NCBI GenBank assembly: GCA_963676915.2
Contig: CAXXVK010000043.1
Coordinates: forward strand, 160,001-224,000
DNA from: Myxococcota bacterium
GTDB taxonomy: Bacteria; Myxococcota_A; SURF-8; G963663525
Length of the DNA stretch: 64,000 nucleotides
Direction: 5' to 3'
The notes under the pieces were generated by a model. That model made no database searches. It saw only the letters and a list, made by a program, of their open reading frames with translations, and was not told where the DNA came from. Position 1 is the first letter of the stretch, and every line of letters begins with the position of its first letter. This document shows positions 39,151 through 48,294 of the stretch, piece after piece. A program made the position numbers and the translations under genes.

Positions 39151-40259
39151 TCAGTGGATGGTCGGACCGCCGTTGTCGTTTCGATTTGTAGGAGGTAGGC
39201 CCGGAATGACCTCCGGGGCGTCTTGCTCGGATTGGTTGCTATCCAGCGGCGTTTCTGGAAACAGATTGCGGTCCCGTTCGCGTTCCATTTCCTCCCATTC
39301 TTGCATTTTTCGTGCTTTTTTCGCGCCGACGTTTGACGTAACCCATGAGGAAAAGAATCGAGGTGGCGAACCAGAGGGTGGAGCTGGAAAACAGCAGCGG
39401 AATCCAGTTCCATCGAAGCTTGATTGTGGAAATCCACTCCTTTTCCAACTCGTCGAGGGATTTTCCGAACGTCTCCGTCAAAGCCGTATCGAATTCCGTT
39501 CCTTCCGCGAGTTTTTTGACGAAGCGGTTCATATTTCGGCGACCGAATTCTCCCACCAGAAAATTGACGAATTCGAAGCTTTGGGCATAGGCTAGTGAAA
39601 TGTCGGGTTACGCGAAAACCATGGGAGAGTTCCGCAAGCGTGTAAAGCCGTCCTGTTGCCGCCGCCGTGACGAGCAACTTGGCGCGTTCCAGGCTGAAAT
39701 CTTCCGAATGATAAATCGCGATGCCCTCGACGAACCATTTGGGCACAGGTTTTCCCTTCGTGGCCTGACGAAACACGATATGAGACAGTTCGTGGACAAG
39801 CGTGGTGTCCAGGTCGATCGCCCCTCCGCGTTCCGCCGCTTGCCGAAGTACGACCACGCCGATGTAAGGAAACGTGATTCCGGCGGCCCAATTCGGCACT
39901 TTCTGCCGACCGGGTTGGAGCAGTCGCCAGTCTTTTGTACTACCTGCCAGGTAGATCCTCGTTTTCATCTCGGGGCGATAACCGATCATGGCGACGAGAC
40001 GCCCCATGGCTTCCGTAGCTCGGTCCAGCAATTCCCCTGCTCGTTGCCGACCGCCGGGCGGGAAGTGCAATTCGATATCTCCCGCTTCGATTTTGGCGTA
40101 GCCTTCCGGGACGACCACTTGCGTTCCGGGTTTGACATCCAGTCCCTCTTTCGAGGCATGGAGGGAAATCGGCAGGAAGAAAAGGAAAATTCCGCACCAA
40201 AAGACGCAATGTCGTACGATTTCGGAAAAAAACGACCGTCTGGCGTCGAGGTGCTTCAC
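39151..40259 (-). CDS. Peptidase MA-family (HExxH) metallopeptidase with C-terminal TM (apparent indels at about 39610 and 39320)
   Basis: PNWAAG, LVHELSH, PKWFVEGIA; the frame-corrected sequence continues ISLAYAQSFEFVNFL...TM...PTIH*. Confidence 0.75.
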
Positions 40260-40555
40260 GAGGTTTCCAGACTCTGTGCAAGTTCTTCGAGCGATACGCC
40301 TTCGATGATCACCGTCTTACGTTTGCCGGTGCTTCCTTTGGCGATTGTCACTTTCGACTTGGCGACGCCGCAGGTTTTCGCGAGAAAAGCGGTCAATTCC
40401 TTATTGGCGGCTCCATCCACAGGCGGAGCTTTTAGGCGAATCTTCAGGCGATCATCCAGCAGACCGACGATTTCCGTCCGGCTGGCGCGTGGCTGCACGA
40501 CGATTTCGACGGCTACACCCTCCGGTTGTTTTCGCAACCAGGCCACGTCGTCCAC
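40256..40555 (-). CDS. yggU: DUF167/YggU family protein
   Basis: VQPRASRT, LKAPPVDGAANKEL, GSTGKRK. Confidence 0.88.
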   Translation of the reverse strand: MDDVAWLRKQPEGVAVEIVVQPRASRTEIVGLLDDRLKIRLKAPPVDGAANKELTAFLAKTCGVAKSKVTIAKGSTGKRKTVIIEGVSLEELAQSLETS

Positions 40556-40560
40556 CTCCG

Positions 40561-41253
40561 CTAGATTCCCATGGAAAGGCTGTTGAGCATATGAGCGGCA
40601 TGGGCAATCAACGCACTCGACGCTCCGTAAAGGATAATCGACAACACCAGCAGCACCCAGGGGGCCGCTTTGGCTCCACTTGAGGAGGATTCGGGTGGTT
40701 TTCGCAGATACGTAACGTTTGCGCTTCCATTGCCGCCATTGGATTTCGGCTTGTTGGGGGGGGAGATCAGTTTGGCTACCCGGCTTTCAAACGGAGCGGA
40801 AAGCCTGTAAATCGCTTGGTAAAATGGAGAATACGGACTGGTTCCGGCAATCAGCATCACTGCGCGAATGGCGAAAATCAACAGGAAAAGGAAAAGCACC
40901 GCGTTGACGATCATACCGAAACCGCGCATTAGGTTGCCCAACAGATTGCCGTATCCGGCGATGGTATCGAGCACGATGGCGGAAAACAGGCCGATCATCA
41001 GGATTAAAACGATTGGAGATAAATCCACCGAACCGCGAGCCAGCCAGGGGAACCAGCGCCGTGTCAGTCGAAACGCCGGGTCGGTCACCCGGTAGATCGC
41101 GGCGACGAGCGGGTTTCGCGGATCGGGCGACACCCAGGACAGCAGCACCCGTAGCATGATCACCATCATGGAGACGTTGAGGATCATGCGGATTACTTCG
41201 ACGACACCCCGCACGGCATCGCCCATTACCTGTCCCGTTTGAACTTCGATCAT
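40561..41253 (-). CDS. yggT: YggT family membrane protein (two repeats)
   Basis: RVLLSWVSPDPRNPLV..IYRVTDP, DLSPI. Confidence 0.85.
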   Translation of the reverse strand: MIEVQTGQVMGDAVRGVVEVIRMILNVSMMVIMLRVLLSWVSPDPRNPLVAAIYRVTDPAFRLTRRWFPWLARGSVDLSPIVLILMIGLFSAIVLDTIAGYGNLLGNLMRGFGMIVNAVLFLFLLIFAIRAVMLIAGTSPYSPFYQAIYRLSAPFESRVAKLISPPNKPKSNGGNGSANVTYLRKPPESSSSGAKAAPWVLLVLSIILYGASSALIAHAAHMLNSLSMGI

Positions 41254-41951
41254 ATTTCCTCCCCGGTTGGTTTCGGTGTGGGTCTGGGACCGAAAATCGC
41301 GGTTCCGATCCGTATCCAGGTTGCACCTTCTTCTATGGCCGGTTCCAGGTCGTGACTCAGTCCCATGGAAAGCTCCGGCAAGGCCAGCCCTTTTCGTTGC
41401 TGGAGATCGTCCCGCAAGCGTCGCAGTGCTGCATGATAGGGGCGCGTCTGCTCGGCGTTCAATTCGAACGGCGGCATCGACATCAACCCCAACGCCTCGA
41501 CATGAGGTAACCTGTTGATTTCATCGAGAATCTCAGCCGCTTGTTCGGGCGAACATCCCCGCTTGGAGGCTTCTTTCCCTACGTTGACTTCCACGAGCAC
41601 CCGAGCTGTCCAGTCGGCGACAGCGGCTCGTTTTTCCAATTCGTGGATCTGTTTGAGCTTGTCCAGGCTGTGAATCAAGGCCACTTTGCCGATAAGTTTG
41701 CGAATTTTGTTGGTTTGTAGCGCTCCTATGAAATGCCACTCGGCTTCGGGTAGATCTTCGACTTTTCCCAACAATTCCTGAACGTAGTTTTCCCCAAATG
41801 CTTCCTGACCGGCTTCCTTTAGTTGCCGAATGCTTTCGATGGGATGAAATTTACTGACCGCCAGCAGTTTGACCTTGGCCGGGTCACGGTCGCAACGGTC
41901 ACAGGCTTTGCGGATGCGCTCGTGGACTTCGTGCAGTCGGTCGGCGATCAT
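41250..41951 (-). CDS. yggS: PLP homeostasis protein YggS
   Basis: LLAVSKFH, FGENYVQE, WHFIGALQTNK, LSMGLSHD, RIGTAIFG. Confidence 0.95.
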   Translation of the reverse strand: MIADRLHEVHERIRKACDRCDRDPAKVKLLAVSKFHPIESIRQLKEAGQEAFGENYVQELLGKVEDLPEAEWHFIGALQTNKIRKLIGKVALIHSLDKLKQIHELEKRAAVADWTARVLVEVNVGKEASKRGCSPEQAAEILDEINRLPHVEALGLMSMPPFELNAEQTRPYHAALRRLRDDLQQRKGLALPELSMGLSHDLEPAIEEGATWIRIGTAIFGPRPTPKPTGEEI

Positions 41952-42514
41952 GGACGACCTCCCATCGCTAGCAACATTTCGATGGATTCTCCCAAAGGGA
42001 GGCCGACCACGTTGGTGTATGATCCTTCCAGGTTTTCGACCATGAAACCGCCGATTCCCTGAATCGCATAGGAGCCGGCGCGGTCCAGCGGTTCTCCCGT
42101 GTCGATATACCGAACGATTTCCTGCTCTTCCAGCGCACGGAAGCGGACATCCGTTCGTACGGCCAGTCGGGATTTCCTGCCGGACGGTGCAACCACCACC
42201 ACTCCGGTGATGACGGTATGCACCGCCCCGGAGAGTTGAGTCAGCATCCGCTTGGCGTGGGCTTTGTCGTCGGGTTTTCCTAACGCTTTTCCCTCGAAAA
42301 AGACCAGTGTATCCGCTGCGAGCAGAGGCACAGTAGGCCGAACCCTCTGAAATACCTCGTCGGCCTTGCACTCGGCGATGGAAAGAGCCAACGCTTCCGG
42401 TTGCAATTGCGGATCGATGCTTTCATCCGCCGTACTGGGGATGACTTCCAGATTCCATCCCGCCCGGTGCAGAAGTTCGCGTCGGCGGGGAGATTGTGAG
42501 GCGAGAACGATCAC
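41948..42514 (-). CDS. maf: Maf-family nucleotide pyrophosphatase
   Basis: LASQSPRRRELL, AADT, GKP, GEPLDRAGSYAIQG, GSYTNVVGLP. Confidence 0.95.
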   Translation of the reverse strand: MIVLASQSPRRRELLHRAGWNLEVIPSTADESIDPQLQPEALALSIAECKADEVFQRVRPTVPLLAADTLVFFEGKALGKPDDKAHAKRMLTQLSGAVHTVITGVVVVAPSGRKSRLAVRTDVRFRALEEQEIVRYIDTGEPLDRAGSYAIQGIGGFMVENLEGSYTNVVGLPLGESIEMLLAMGGRP

Positions 42515-42632
42515 GAGACGACTCCTTCATTACATCCTGCCCCTGTAAACTAGATGCTAAAGGTGAAGGCGTCAAGTCCGCGAAAGGTTTGGTTTTTATA
42601 GAAACGGATGTTCGGAAACGAAACGGTATGAA

Positions 42633-43688
42633 TCAGGATTGCACGATTTTTCGTAGTTTGTGGAAAGAGTCCATCTCGCCCATGCATACCAGGACGTGTC
42701 CTTCCTTGAGTTTGAAATTGGCTTCGGGATTGAACACATATTCTTTTTGGTCGGGATCGAACACGGCCATGACTGCCAGTCCGACTTTTTTACGGATTTC
42801 CATTTCCATAATGGTTTTCCCGGCATAGCGGGATTCGGGCGGGATGGTGACTTCCTCGACCCGCAACGTGCTGTCATGGGTTCGCAGCATTTTGTCCAAA
42901 AATGTCACCACGGTGGGACGCAGCATTTCCGAGGCCATTCTCATGCCGCTGATGAACGTACCGGTAACCACTTTGTCCGCTCCGGCGCTAAGTAGTTTGG
43001 ATTCGGAATTTTTTGCTACAGCCTTGGTGATGATTCGCAGTTTCGGATTGAGTTGGCGTGCCGAGATGATGATGAACAGGTTGTCTTTATCGTCCGTGCA
43101 GGCCGAAATCAGACCAACGGCGCGCATGATTCCCGCTTGAATCAGGTTCTGATCGTCGGCGGCGTCTCCTACTATGTAAGGTAAGTTATCATTGTACCTG
43201 TTGTATGCGGTTTTCAGGCGCTCTTCGTTCGTATCGATGACCACGGTCGGCGTGTTGGTTTTCATCAGTTCTTGAATGATGTGCCCGCCGGTTTCGCCTG
43301 CACCGCAGACGATGATGTGGTCTTTCATTTTTGCGAGCTGTTTTTCCATTTTCCGTCTCCAAACCATGCTCTGGAGGTTGCCTTCCACGATGAACGCGGT
43401 AACCGTCGAAGTGAAAAACACGGTGGTACCCATGCCAAACAGAATGACGAAAATCGTGAAAAATTTGAACAGAGGTTCTTCCGCCGAAATCACCTCGCCG
43501 TAACCTACCGTGGACAAAGTGATGACGGTCATGTACGCGCAATCCAGGATCGACCAGTTGTCGTGATCGGTGAAAAGTCCGATGAAATAATAGCCGAAGA
43601 TCCCGATAGCGAACATCGACATCATCAGGACGCCGCTGATGATCAGCTTTCGCAGTGCGACGCTTTCTTCGCTTGTGCGGTAATCCAT
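42633..43688 (-). CDS. Two-TM potassium channel with TrkA-N/TrkA-C (RCK) domains
   Basis: TLSTVGYGE selectivity filter; HIIVCGAGETG; TrkA-C FNPEANFKL. Confidence 0.92.
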   Translation of the reverse strand: MDYRTSEESVALRKLIISGVLMMSMFAIGIFGYYFIGLFTDHDNWSILDCAYMTVITLSTVGYGEVISAEEPLFKFFTIFVILFGMGTTVFFTSTVTAFIVEGNLQSMVWRRKMEKQLAKMKDHIIVCGAGETGGHIIQELMKTNTPTVVIDTNEERLKTAYNRYNDNLPYIVGDAADDQNLIQAGIMRAVGLISACTDDKDNLFIIISARQLNPKLRIITKAVAKNSESKLLSAGADKVVTGTFISGMRMASEMLRPTVVTFLDKMLRTHDSTLRVEEVTIPPESRYAGKTIMEMEIRKKVGLAVMAVFDPDQKEYVFNPEANFKLKEGHVLVCMGEMDSFHKLRKIVQS

Positions 43689-43966
43689 CGTCCCAACATT
43701 CCGATTCGGTAAAGAAAGGACCGGCGAAGCAATCCCGGAAAGGATCGAAAACGCCTTGAATTCGAAACCATACGTCTTGCATAGCACTAAAAGACGATAT
43801 TTTACCAGAAAAACGACAGAAATACGCCAATTTAAACCGGTGTTTATATAAGAAGTCAAAGTTCCTATATAAGAGGAAAATACCCCTTTTTTTGAAATTC
43901 CGGCGCGGTTCTGCTACATCCTAAGAGCTTGGAAAACCATGCGAAACCTGTTTCGGAGTTTTTGCC

Positions 43967-45079
43967 GTGAAGCACAATCCGTTTGTAAGTCTGCATCCTT
44001 ATCGTTTATTACTGGTTCGTCTTTCCGCCATGGGAGATGTGATCCACACCCTTCCTGCCGTGCGGGCGTTGCATCGCCGGTATCCCAAGACCCGTCTCGT
44101 GTATCTTGTGGACGACCGCAACGCCGATATTGTCGAGGGACTGAAAGATCTCGAACGTGTGATGGTGTTCAATCGCCGTGACGCCACGAGTCGGTTCATG
44201 TCGTTTCATTTCATCTGGTTGGCGTTTCAGTTCATTTTAGAATTCGTGATGAAATTGAGGAAATTAAGGTGCAACGGGTCGTTCGATTTCCATATGCTGC
44301 TGCGCTCCGGATTTTTCGCCTGGGCGTCCGGGGCACGGATTCGCATGGCATTGCGCACCTGGAAAGAAGGGAATCGCCTGTTCCAAAATCATACGGTGAA
44401 AAAGCCGAAAACGCTGCACGCCATCGACCGCAACCTGCACCTTGTTTCCCAAGCGGTAGGAGCATCGGATAAAGCCGAGCGCGTGCCCGTGCCGGTAGTT
44501 CGGGAAGAGAAGGCCCGATGCGATCTTTTCCTGAAACAGCACGGTTTGACCTCGAAAGGCTTTTTCCTGCTGCTTCCCGCCGCATCCAGACGGGCCAAAA
44601 TGCTCCCCATGGAAACCTATGTCGAAGTGCTCAACCGAGTGGCTGAATACTCGGGGCTGGCAGGGGTGATCGTCACCGGGCCGGGGGAAGAGCGCATTGC
44701 CGCTCAACTGAGCGAAAGCACCGAAGGGCGGTTTGTGGTTGCTGACAAAATGGGAATCAAGGCATTGGCCGCTTTGGCGTTGCAGGCACGGATTGCCATT
44801 GGTGTCGATACCGGGCCTTTACACCTTTGCGCGGCGCAAGGAACACCGGTTGTAGGGATTTACGGGCCGACCGATCCGCTGGAATTCGGTCCGTACTGGG
44901 AGCCGTACGAAGTCGTGGATGCGGCGGCGGGAGAAAAGCGCTATTCGCAACGAAAGTTAAGGAAGCGAAAAAGCCCTTGTCCGTCGCTCGAATCTCTCGA
45001 TGCCGATACGGTGGTGCAGGCCACGTTACGCCTGCTGGCGAAATCGGAAAGCGAAACGGGTAAGAGTTCTGTTGTGTGA
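43967..45079 (+). CDS. Glycosyltransferase family 9 (LPS heptosyltransferase-like)
   Basis: LLVRLSAMGDVIHTLP; GVDTGPLHL..A.GTPVVGIYGPT. Confidence 0.92.
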   Translation: MKHNPFVSLHPYRLLLVRLSAMGDVIHTLPAVRALHRRYPKTRLVYLVDDRNADIVEGLKDLERVMVFNRRDATSRFMSFHFIWLAFQFILEFVMKLRKLRCNGSFDFHMLLRSGFFAWASGARIRMALRTWKEGNRLFQNHTVKKPKTLHAIDRNLHLVSQAVGASDKAERVPVPVVREEKARCDLFLKQHGLTSKGFFLLLPAASRRAKMLPMETYVEVLNRVAEYSGLAGVIVTGPGEERIAAQLSESTEGRFVVADKMGIKALAALALQARIAIGVDTGPLHLCAAQGTPVVGIYGPTDPLEFGPYWEPYEVVDAAAGEKRYSQRKLRKRKSPCPSLESLDADTVVQATLRLLAKSESETGKSSVV

Positions 45080-45145
45080 ACGTTGCAGTGATTGAGAGTG
45101 GTTGCAGGTGTTGTTGCTGAAAGCTCGAATGAAGGGATACGAACC

Positions 45146-46675
45146 ATGAACGATAGGACACGTTGGACGTTTTTTTTCGTCTTCGGACTGATTGTTGTGA
45201 TGTTGGGATGTTTTGCTTGCGGTGATGATGATTCGGGAAATCCGCAAAATGGAGACGAGGACGTAGACCTGACGGAAAACGTTTCCGAGACGGAAGCCGA
45301 TGCGGAAGATTCGCTCATGACCCGTCTTTGGGGTGACTGGCAGCCGGTGGGCGTCTCCATCAAGGAAATGCTCGGTGTCGCCTCGCATATGAAGCAGAAT
45401 GAGGGCGAAGACGAGGACCGCGATTTCGAATTCAGTAAATACGATGAGTTGGGTCAAGCCATCGTTCGCGAACATTTTCGCTGGAACCACATCGAAGCCG
45501 CCGACGACGAGTGGGATTTCGCACGGGTGCAAACTCAAGTGGATATGGCGCAGCAACACAACGTGAAGCTGATTCCGCAAGTGGGCTACGATGTCGATTG
45601 GGCGAAAACGGGGGAGGGGGACAGTTCGCTGATTCCCGAGGAATATGGAGAGTTTACGCGCAAAGTGGCGGAAAAATACTGCGACGTGATCAAGGATTAC
45701 GAGCTGTGGAATGAGCCTAACATCGATGTATTCTGGGAGCCGGAACCGAATCCTCAGCATTACGGGTTGCTGGTCAAGCAAGCCTACGAGAACATCAAGG
45801 CCGTTTGTCCCGATGCGCGGGTGTCGATCGGTGGGCTGGCGTCGTATTCGCTCGACGATCATTTTTACGAGCGCTGGTGGTTTTTAAAGGAACTGTATGC
45901 CGAACACCCGGATATCGGTAATTATTTCGACGTGTTAGCCTTGCATCCCTATTCGGCGCTGATGTCCTATCCGCCGGAATACGATGAATTGAACGGTGAG
46001 TACCAGGCCGAAGGTCAGGTGCTGATGATCGAGATGGCTCGTGACATTCTCGCCGAGATCGGCAAACCGGACGTGCCGATCTGGTTTACCGAGGTCGGTT
46101 GGCCGAGTCTTAGCCTGGGTGAGGAAGCCTGTGCCCGTTACATGACGCGCTCTGCGCTTCTGGCCTCGCGGGACAGGATCGAAGCTTATCTCTGGTACAC
46201 GTTTTTCGATAGCGAGCCGGAACCGGGAGCGCTCGACGATTTCAATAATTATTTCGGACTGTTCGGGTATCCAGAAGATACCGAGCAACCCCGGCGCGAG
46301 AAAAAGACCTGGCAGGCGTTCAAGAATCTGGCGACGGTCGTGGGGGATGCACGTTTCGTACGTGACCTTTCGGACGATCTGGAGTTGCCGGACGATGTGT
46401 ATGTGCTGGGATTCCTACGTGAAGACGGTACTCGACTGCTGGCGGCCTGGGATGGTCGCGAAGTTCCCGACGTAAAGGAAAAAGTCACGGCGGCGGGTGG
46501 AGTTGACACGACCTTCGAACTGGTCTTGTCCTTGCCTGAGGATGTCCAGGAAGTCATCGTGACGGACAGCACCGGAGCGGAATTGTCCCGTCCGACGGTG
46601 GATGCTTTATCGTTGACGGTGACGTTGGATATCGACGTAAAGTATATCGAACTCCTCACAGGAGTGGAACGATAA
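45146..46675 (+). CDS. Clan GH-A glycoside hydrolase lipoprotein (GH39/GH5-like)
   Basis: Lipobox CFAC plus acidic linker; FRWNHIE, YELWNEPN, ALHPY, IWFTEVGW. Confidence 0.8.
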   Translation: MNDRTRWTFFFVFGLIVVMLGCFACGDDDSGNPQNGDEDVDLTENVSETEADAEDSLMTRLWGDWQPVGVSIKEMLGVASHMKQNEGEDEDRDFEFSKYDELGQAIVREHFRWNHIEAADDEWDFARVQTQVDMAQQHNVKLIPQVGYDVDWAKTGEGDSSLIPEEYGEFTRKVAEKYCDVIKDYELWNEPNIDVFWEPEPNPQHYGLLVKQAYENIKAVCPDARVSIGGLASYSLDDHFYERWWFLKELYAEHPDIGNYFDVLALHPYSALMSYPPEYDELNGEYQAEGQVLMIEMARDILAEIGKPDVPIWFTEVGWPSLSLGEEACARYMTRSALLASRDRIEAYLWYTFFDSEPEPGALDDFNNYFGLFGYPEDTEQPRREKKTWQAFKNLATVVGDARFVRDLSDDLELPDDVYVLGFLREDGTRLLAAWDGREVPDVKEKVTAAGGVDTTFELVLSLPEDVQEVIVTDSTGAELSRPTVDALSLTVTLDIDVKYIELLTGVER

Positions 46676-46800
46676 GTAGGTCGGGCAAATTTTTTGCCCG
46701 ACAAGTTCAAGATGAATGTGAATAAAAGGTAGGTCGGATGATTTTAATCCGACCTAAAAGGCGATTTTCGAAAAGTGTCGGGTGAAATCACCCGACCTAC
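46676..46800. repeat. Cluster of three GTAG-type REP palindromes (BIME/REPIN-like)
   Basis: GTAGGTCGGGCAAATTTTTTGCCCGAC (46676-46702), GTAGGTCGGATGATTTTAATCCGAC (46729-46753) and inverted GTCGGGTGAAATCACCCGACCTAC (46777-46800). Confidence 0.8.
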
Positions 46801-46939
46801 TACGATTTCGGTTTGTCGCATGATGGAGCGAATTGACCCGAAATGGAAAAAACTGTAGGTTGTCTTTTCCCAAATGGGAACCGTATCCTACGAAAGTGGA
46901 CATTGGAACAAAGGTTTTGGACAAGAAAGAAATCAACGA

Positions 46940-48241
46940 ATGATCGAACGATACACAAATCCGGAAACCGGTAAAATCTGGACCGACCAAAGCAAATACG
47001 AAATGTGGTGGAAGGTCGAACGTGCGGCGGCGATCGCCATGGGCGAACTGGGCATTATTCCTGCCGACGCCGCGAAGGAAATCGAAGAGGCTACGGTGGA
47101 GATCCGCCCCGAGCGCATCGAAGAAATCGAAGCCACGACCCGGCACGATGTAATCGCTTTCCTGACTCACATCGAAGAGCAGTTGGGTGGCGTTTCGCGC
47201 TGGATTCATTTCGGGATGACGAGTTCCGACGTGCTGGATACTGCCTTTGCTCTGCAATTGAAATCTGCCAGCGAGCGGATTTCCGAAGCGTTGGACGTTT
47301 TGCTCGACACGTTGAAAAAACGCGCCTTGGAATACAAAAACCAACCGATGATGGGCCGCAGCCACGGTATTCATGCCGAGCCGGTGACCTTCGGTCTCGT
47401 GTTGGCGACCTATTACGCGGAGTTCGACCGCCATCGCGAGCGCTTTGCACGGGCGCGCAAGGAAGTGGAAACGGGGATGATTTCCGGCGCTGTGGGAACG
47501 TTTGCGCACATTCCGCCGGAAGTCGAAGTGAAAACCTGCGAGATTTTGGGCTTGACGCCCGAACCGATCTCGACGCAGGTTATTCCCCGAGATCGTCATG
47601 CCGCGTATTTTTCCTGTCTCGCGGGGATTGCGAGCAGCATCGAGCGGCTGGCCGTTCAGTTGCGCCACCAGCAGCGGACCGAAGTGCGCGAGGTCGAGGA
47701 AGCGTTCCGAAAAGGCCAGAAAGGGTCGTCGGCGATGCCGCATAAAAAGAACCCGATTTCCGCCGAAAATCTGACCGGGCTGGCGCGGGTGATCCGTTCC
47801 AATGCGTTTTCCGCTTTCGAAAACGTGGCACTCTGGCACGAAAGAGACATCAGCCACTCGTCGGTGGAACGGGTGATTGCTCCCGATTCGACGATTCTTG
47901 CCGATTATGCTTTACGGCGTCTTACCCGTTTAGTGGGCAATCTGGCCGTAATTCCCGAATCGATGCAGCGCAATCTCGAACAGATGCGCGGGTTGGCGTT
48001 TTCTCAGCCATTTTTGCTGATGTTGGCCCGAAAAGGTCTGAAACGGCAAACGGCGTATGAAATCGTGCAGCGCCATGCGATGAAAGTCTGGGACAACGAC
48101 GATCTCACGCTGAAGGATTCCCTTTTGTCGGATGACGAGGTGGTTGGGAAAATCGGCAAAGAAGCCATTGAACAGGTTTTCGACCTCAAACGGAATCTCA
48201 CGCACGTTGATGCGATTTTCGAGCGCGTGTTCGGGAAGTGA
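46940..48241 (+). CDS. purB: Adenylosuccinate lyase
   Basis: MIERY, TRHDVIAF, HFGMTSSDVLDT, GRSHGIHAEP, GSSAMPHKKNP, LWHERDISHSSVER. Confidence 0.97.
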   Translation: MIERYTNPETGKIWTDQSKYEMWWKVERAAAIAMGELGIIPADAAKEIEEATVEIRPERIEEIEATTRHDVIAFLTHIEEQLGGVSRWIHFGMTSSDVLDTAFALQLKSASERISEALDVLLDTLKKRALEYKNQPMMGRSHGIHAEPVTFGLVLATYYAEFDRHRERFARARKEVETGMISGAVGTFAHIPPEVEVKTCEILGLTPEPISTQVIPRDRHAAYFSCLAGIASSIERLAVQLRHQQRTEVREVEEAFRKGQKGSSAMPHKKNPISAENLTGLARVIRSNAFSAFENVALWHERDISHSSVERVIAPDSTILADYALRRLTRLVGNLAVIPESMQRNLEQMRGLAFSQPFLLMLARKGLKRQTAYEIVQRHAMKVWDNDDLTLKDSLLSDDEVVGKIGKEAIEQVFDLKRNLTHVDAIFERVFGK

Positions 48242-48294
48242 CGACGTTTCAATAAGGAATTACTAACAAGCGAGAAGAACGCGGGGAGCACACC

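Noticed and set aside
41952-42371. N-terminal extension of YggS in the ORF track
   Set aside because: Overlaps maf in another frame; the real start is 41951, overlapping the maf stop
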